Of a stretch of DNA of 20,007 nucleotides, positions 16,718-20,007 are shown piece by piece. A program made the translations under genes and the position numbers. Every line of letters starts with the position of its first letter. Position 1 is the first letter of the stretch. The notes below the pieces were generated by a model. It searched no databases. It was not told the origin of the DNA and saw only the letters and a list, made by a program, of their open reading frames with translations. Source of the stretch: Thermotogota bacterium (GTDB lineage: Bacteria > Bipolaricaulota > Bipolaricaulia > UBA7950 > UBA9294); assembly GCA_039679545.1 (NCBI GenBank), contig JBDKUT010000046.1, positions 1 to 20,007 on the forward strand, in the 5' to 3' direction.

Positions 16718-17674
16718 ATGCACGCCATGGTCGCTGCGGACCTCCACGGGAACTCGTGTCTCTACGAGCTTCTCCTCCGGATTGCTGGGACGTGGAAGAT
16801 CTCGTCTGTGTTCCTGACGGGGGACCTGTTCCCGCGGGGCGGGCCTGGCCGTTGGGACGAGGACGGGGCGGATCTCGCCTCCGCGCAGAGGACGTTCATC
16901 CGAAGGACCTTCATTCCACTCTTCGAGAGCTTCCTCGCAGCGCACCGCCATACGCACATCTATGCCATCATGGGAAACGATGACTGCCGCGCCAACGAGC
17001 CGATGCTGTCGGACTTCGACTGCGCGACCCAGGGGTTCCACCTCGTGAATGCACGACTCGTCGAGCTTCAGGATTCGCGCCAGATGCACGCGTTCTTCCC
17101 GGGAGAGATCCCGCGGTTGTACGTCACAGGGTATCCCTTTGTGCCGCCCGGCTCTGGGCTCCTCTTTGATTGGGTCAAGTACGAGAACCCGGCGCGCCTT
17201 CGTCCGCCTGGCATGGACTCATGCATCGACATCTATGAAGCCGGGATGTACACGGGAAAGCCGAGTGCGACGACGATTGCCGATGACCTCGAGGACTATG
17301 GGGCGTTTCTTCGCCGCGAGAGCGAGGAAGACGGCCCAACCTATGTTCCCGAGCAGACCATTCACATCTTCCATGCCCCGCCGTACGGAACGCCCCTCGA
17401 TCGGATGCCGCCGCAGGGGCGGTACGAACTCCTCCGCCTTCCCGACCATGTGGGGAGTTCGGAGATCACCCGTTTCATCGAGAGAACTCAGCCGTACCTG
17501 GTGTTGAGCGGGCACTGCCACGAGTCGGTTGTGCTCGGAAGCTACAAGGCGCAGATCGGAAACACGTGGTGTGTCAACCCCGGCAGCCAGACGGACATCG
17601 ACGTTCTGAGCATCGTCCAGTTCGATGTCTACGATCCCGGGGAGATGAAGCAGCTGTTCGTCAACGCGCGGTAG
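16718..17674 (+). CDS. Calcineurin-like metallophosphoesterase (Icc-related, 318 aa)
   Basis: All five motif blocks are present: ADLHG, TGDL, MGNDD, FHAPP, SGHCHE, plus VNPGS. Confidence 0.88.
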   Translation: MHAMVAADLHGNSCLYELLLRIAGTWKISSVFLTGDLFPRGGPGRWDEDGADLASAQRTFIRRTFIPLFESFLAAHRHTHIYAIMGNDDCRANEPMLSDFDCATQGFHLVNARLVELQDSRQMHAFFPGEIPRLYVTGYPFVPPGSGLLFDWVKYENPARLRPPGMDSCIDIYEAGMYTGKPSATTIADDLEDYGAFLRRESEEDGPTYVPEQTIHIFHAPPYGTPLDRMPPQGRYELLRLPDHVGSSEITRFIERTQPYLVLSGHCHESVVLGSYKAQIGNTWCVNPGSQTDIDVLSIVQFDVYDPGEMKQLFVNAR

Positions 17675-18236
17675 CGTCAACGGGGGATCGACGGGGACTC
17701 CCCTCGCGGGGAGCCCCCGTTCTGACTTCAGGATCGGACCGCCAAAGACAGACAGGGCACGTCTCGAGCCCTGACAAGATGGCACCGTATCCCTGGCGTT
17801 CCTCCTCTTCTTGCATGTCGATCAGCCGTATGTCCAACAGGGACGAAGGGGCCGCCTGGCCTTCGAGCAAGCGACGATAGGCTGTCGCCAGAGCCAAGTC
17901 GAGCCGCAACAACAGACGACTGATCTCGTCCCGACGTCGGGAAACGACAACGAGCAGGTCGAGGTCGGAGCACCGGGTGGAGTGTCCCCGCATCGCGCTT
18001 CCGTACACGTATACGGCTCGGAAGGAAACGCCGAGGCTGCAGAGATACTGGCTGAGGAGTCTGGCAAGCTCATAGCGAAACGTGCTGTGAGCGTCAGGAT
18101 CCCCGCAGCGCAGCTTCTCGAGCGCCAGATCCGGCATCTCCTTACCGCGCTCAGCGCAACGCAAGACCGCCTTCTCCAGGAGGTCCATTGCCGGGACCTC
18201 GCTAGGGAGCAGTCCGCTTGGAACGCTGGGATGCAT
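17661..18236 (-). CDS. DNA polymerase beta-superfamily nucleotidyltransferase domain protein (191 aa)
   Basis: AVYVY-GS-x10-DLD-LLVVV plus a third acidic strand LLDIRLID. ATG 18236 after GGAGG, 24 nt downstream of the gdh paralog 2 stop. Confidence 0.8.
   Translation of the reverse strand: MHPSVPSGLLPSEVPAMDLLEKAVLRCAERGKEMPDLALEKLRCGDPDAHSTFRYELARLLSQYLCSLGVSFRAVYVYGSAMRGHSTRCSDLDLLVVVSRRRDEISRLLLRLDLALATAYRRLLEGQAAPSSLLDIRLIDMQEEEERQGYGAILSGLETCPVCLWRSDPEVRTGAPREGSPRRSPVDATAR
17691..17720. terminator. 13-bp hairpin at the convergence of the phosphoesterase and NTase genes
   Basis: Minus strand acgggggctcccc-GCGA-ggggagtccccgt: fully paired with one G-U and a GNRA loop. It begins 16 nt after the phosphoesterase stop and has no strong U-tract. 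Confidence 0.45.
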
Positions 18237-18260
18237 TGGAGCCTCCGACCTCTTCGGGTC

Positions 18261-19565
18261 CTACGGGAAGATGCCGCGCAGCTGGACAGCCGCCGCGACG
18301 CGCTGGACTCCCAGGACGAATGCGGCTGTGCGCAGCGAGATTCCGCGCTCCTCCGCCAGCGTCCAGACCTCGCTGAGGGATCGCTGCATGATCTGGCCCA
18401 ACCTCTGGTTCGTCTCCTCTTCCTCCCACGGGAAGCACTGGATGTTCTGCACCCACTCGAAGTACGAACAGACGACTCCACCGGCGTTGGCGAGGATGTC
18501 CGGCACGATGACCACGTTCTTCTCGCCCAGGATGAGATCCGCCTCAGGAGTTGTGGGGCCGTTGGCTCCTTCGACAATCACTTTGGCGCGGATGTTGCCG
18601 GCGTTGGCGGCCGTGATCTGCGCTTCGAGGGCTGCGGGCACAAGGACGTCGACATCGAGCGTGAGCAGCTCGGAACTCTTGATCTCCTCGACGCCGCTGC
18701 CGTTGTACCCCGCCAAGAGATGTCCGGGTGAGCCAGCCACGTAGCGCAACACGTCGTCGATGTCGAATCCCTTCGGGCAGTGATATGCCCCACTCACGTC
18801 GCTGATTCCGATGATCTCGGCTCCTTGGCGAGCCAGCAGCTGAGCAGCGATGGAGCCCACGTTCCCGAACCCTTGGACGGCGATGCGTGTCTTAGTCACG
18901 TCCAGGCCGAGGCGCTGCAGGACCCCCAACGTTACAGACATGATTCCTCGTCCGGTTGCCTCTCGGCGGCCCAGAGCACCACCCATCTCGAGAGACTTCC
19001 CGGTCACGATACCGGGGACAGCCTCTCCGCTAAGGAGTCCGGCTGTGTCGACGATCCAGTTCATGATCTCCGAGTTCGTGTTGACATCCGGAGCAGGGAC
19101 GTCTCGTCGGGTCCCAATAAGCGGGAAGATCCCCACCGTGTACCGCCTCGTAAGTCGCTCGAGTTCGCCGCGAGACAGTCTCGTCGGGTCGCAGATAACG
19201 CCGCCCTTCCCTCCCCCGTACGGGACGTTGACCACGGCGCACTTCCACGTCATCCACCCGGCCAGCGCCTTGACCTCGTCGAAGGTGACGGCGGGGTGGA
19301 AGCGGATGCCCCCCTTGCACGGCCCTCGAGCGCTGCTGTACTGAACGCGATAGCCAGTGAACACCTCAACGCTGCCGTCGTCCTTCGTTACGGGGATGCT
19401 AACTTCAAGGGACCTCTCCGGCCTGCGCAGGATCTCCCAGATCCCAGCAGGGATGTCGGTCAGCTCGCGAACCATGTCGAGCTGCTGGAGCATCATTGCG
19501 TAGGGGTTGATTGGAGCCTGCGCAATGCCCGGAGCTAGAGTCTTTGTCTTGTTTTGAGTCGCCAT
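18261..19565 (-). CDS. gdhA: Glutamate dehydrogenase, paralog 2 (~434 aa)
   Basis: GYRVQY, GPCKGGIRFHP, MTWKCA...PYGGGKGG, DVPAPD, VTGK...GG.LGRREATG, QGFGNVG, EGANGP, NAGGVVCSYFEW. ATG 19565 after GGAGG. Confidence 0.95.
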   Translation of the reverse strand: MATQNKTKTLAPGIAQAPINPYAMMLQQLDMVRELTDIPAGIWEILRRPERSLEVSIPVTKDDGSVEVFTGYRVQYSSARGPCKGGIRFHPAVTFDEVKALAGWMTWKCAVVNVPYGGGKGGVICDPTRLSRGELERLTRRYTVGIFPLIGTRRDVPAPDVNTNSEIMNWIVDTAGLLSGEAVPGIVTGKSLEMGGALGRREATGRGIMSVTLGVLQRLGLDVTKTRIAVQGFGNVGSIAAQLLARQGAEIIGISDVSGAYHCPKGFDIDDVLRYVAGSPGHLLAGYNGSGVEEIKSSELLTLDVDVLVPAALEAQITAANAGNIRAKVIVEGANGPTTPEADLILGEKNVVIVPDILANAGGVVCSYFEWVQNIQCFPWEEEETNQRLGQIMQRSLSEVWTLAEERGISLRTAAFVLGVQRVAAAVQLRGIFP

Positions 19566-19884
19566 ACGGCGTCCACCTCCGAACCGAAGCGTACCCCATG
19601 AATCCTGGCGCCTACAGCAAAAAAGGCAAGACAGGGTCTTCATTCTAGCAGCCTGCCGGCTGCCATATCCGAGGTGACGTCTTGTCGTACGCCAGAGCTA
19701 CACCACCTTACGGATCGCACAGTGGTCAACACTTGCCATGGCACCAGAACAATCTAGTGGCAACTGACGTTGTCAGATGACACCTCTGTTCGCCCCATGG
19801 CGCAGGGCTCGTGCTGCGAAACGACCGCCCCGCCGCTGTACGGCTGCATGGTGATCCCCTGCGGTCTAGCGTATTGTTCCCGCC

Positions 19885-20007
19885 ATGGCCAGCGTTGTAC
19901 ACCGAACGACGGCTGAGGAAGCGGACTCACTTCAGACTCTGCTTGATGCGCTCTCTCCCCTGCATGTCTGCTATGCAGAAGGGGAACTCCTGTGCCGTGA
20001 AGGAACC
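19885..20007 (+). CDS. Partial (5' end only) probable cNMP-binding domain protein, Crp/Fnr-like
   Basis: Not in the supplied ORF track. Open frame from ATG 19885 to the window end: MASVVHRTTAEEADSLQTLLDALSPLHVCYAEGELLCREGT. A helix followed by Y..GE.L.REG matches the first strands of cNMP-binding domains. Only 41 codons are visible. Confidence 0.6.
   Translation, partial: MASVVHRTTAEEADSLQTLLDALSPLHVCYAEGELLCREGT

Noticed and set aside
17661..18236. MNT-HEPN toxin-antitoxin or CBASS defence system
   Set aside because: There is no HEPN gene and no Cap effector or E1/E2/JAB genes, the protein is short for a CD-NTase, and the context is metabolic.
19734..19760. Sigma54 promoter (TGGCAC at 19739)
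   Set aside because: There is no TTGC at the -12 position; the site is only part of a short tgccatggca palindrome.
1..20007. CRISPR array, IS/transposase, integrase, rRNA or tRNA
   Set aside because: I saw no regularly spaced repeats, no transposase or recombinase motifs and no structural RNA signatures.

Overview
GC-rich bacterial chromosomal window with 18 complete CDSs and 1 partial CDS. I found no rRNA, tRNA, CRISPR array or mobile element. Left third: a c-di-GMP/two-component module, with a PAS-PAS-GAF-GGDEF cyclase (plus a nitroreductase) divergent from a SBP-PAS3-HisKA-HATPase kinase, a stand-alone receiver and a REC-GAF-HD-GYP phosphodiesterase. Middle: a GyrI-like/Cys-rich fusion, a tandem GNAT, an FmdB-type zinc-ribbon gene with a sigma70 promoter overlapped by a CIRCE (HrcA) operator, a proteasome-beta-like Ntn protein with Ser1 in place of Thr1 and a structured upstream region, a membrane-anchored HxH protein, three flavoproteins and an MFS transporter. 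Right end: two apparently intact glutamate dehydrogenase paralogs enclosing a Pol-beta-type nucleotidyltransferase and a convergent calcineurin-like phosphoesterase, with the start of a probable Crp/Fnr-type cNMP-binding protein divergent from them. The best candidates for undescribed biology are the GDH/NTase/phosphoesterase/cNMP-binder cassette and the Ser1 proteasome-like gene next to the HrcA-controlled zinc ribbon. All family calls come from motif recognition by eye; no searches were run.
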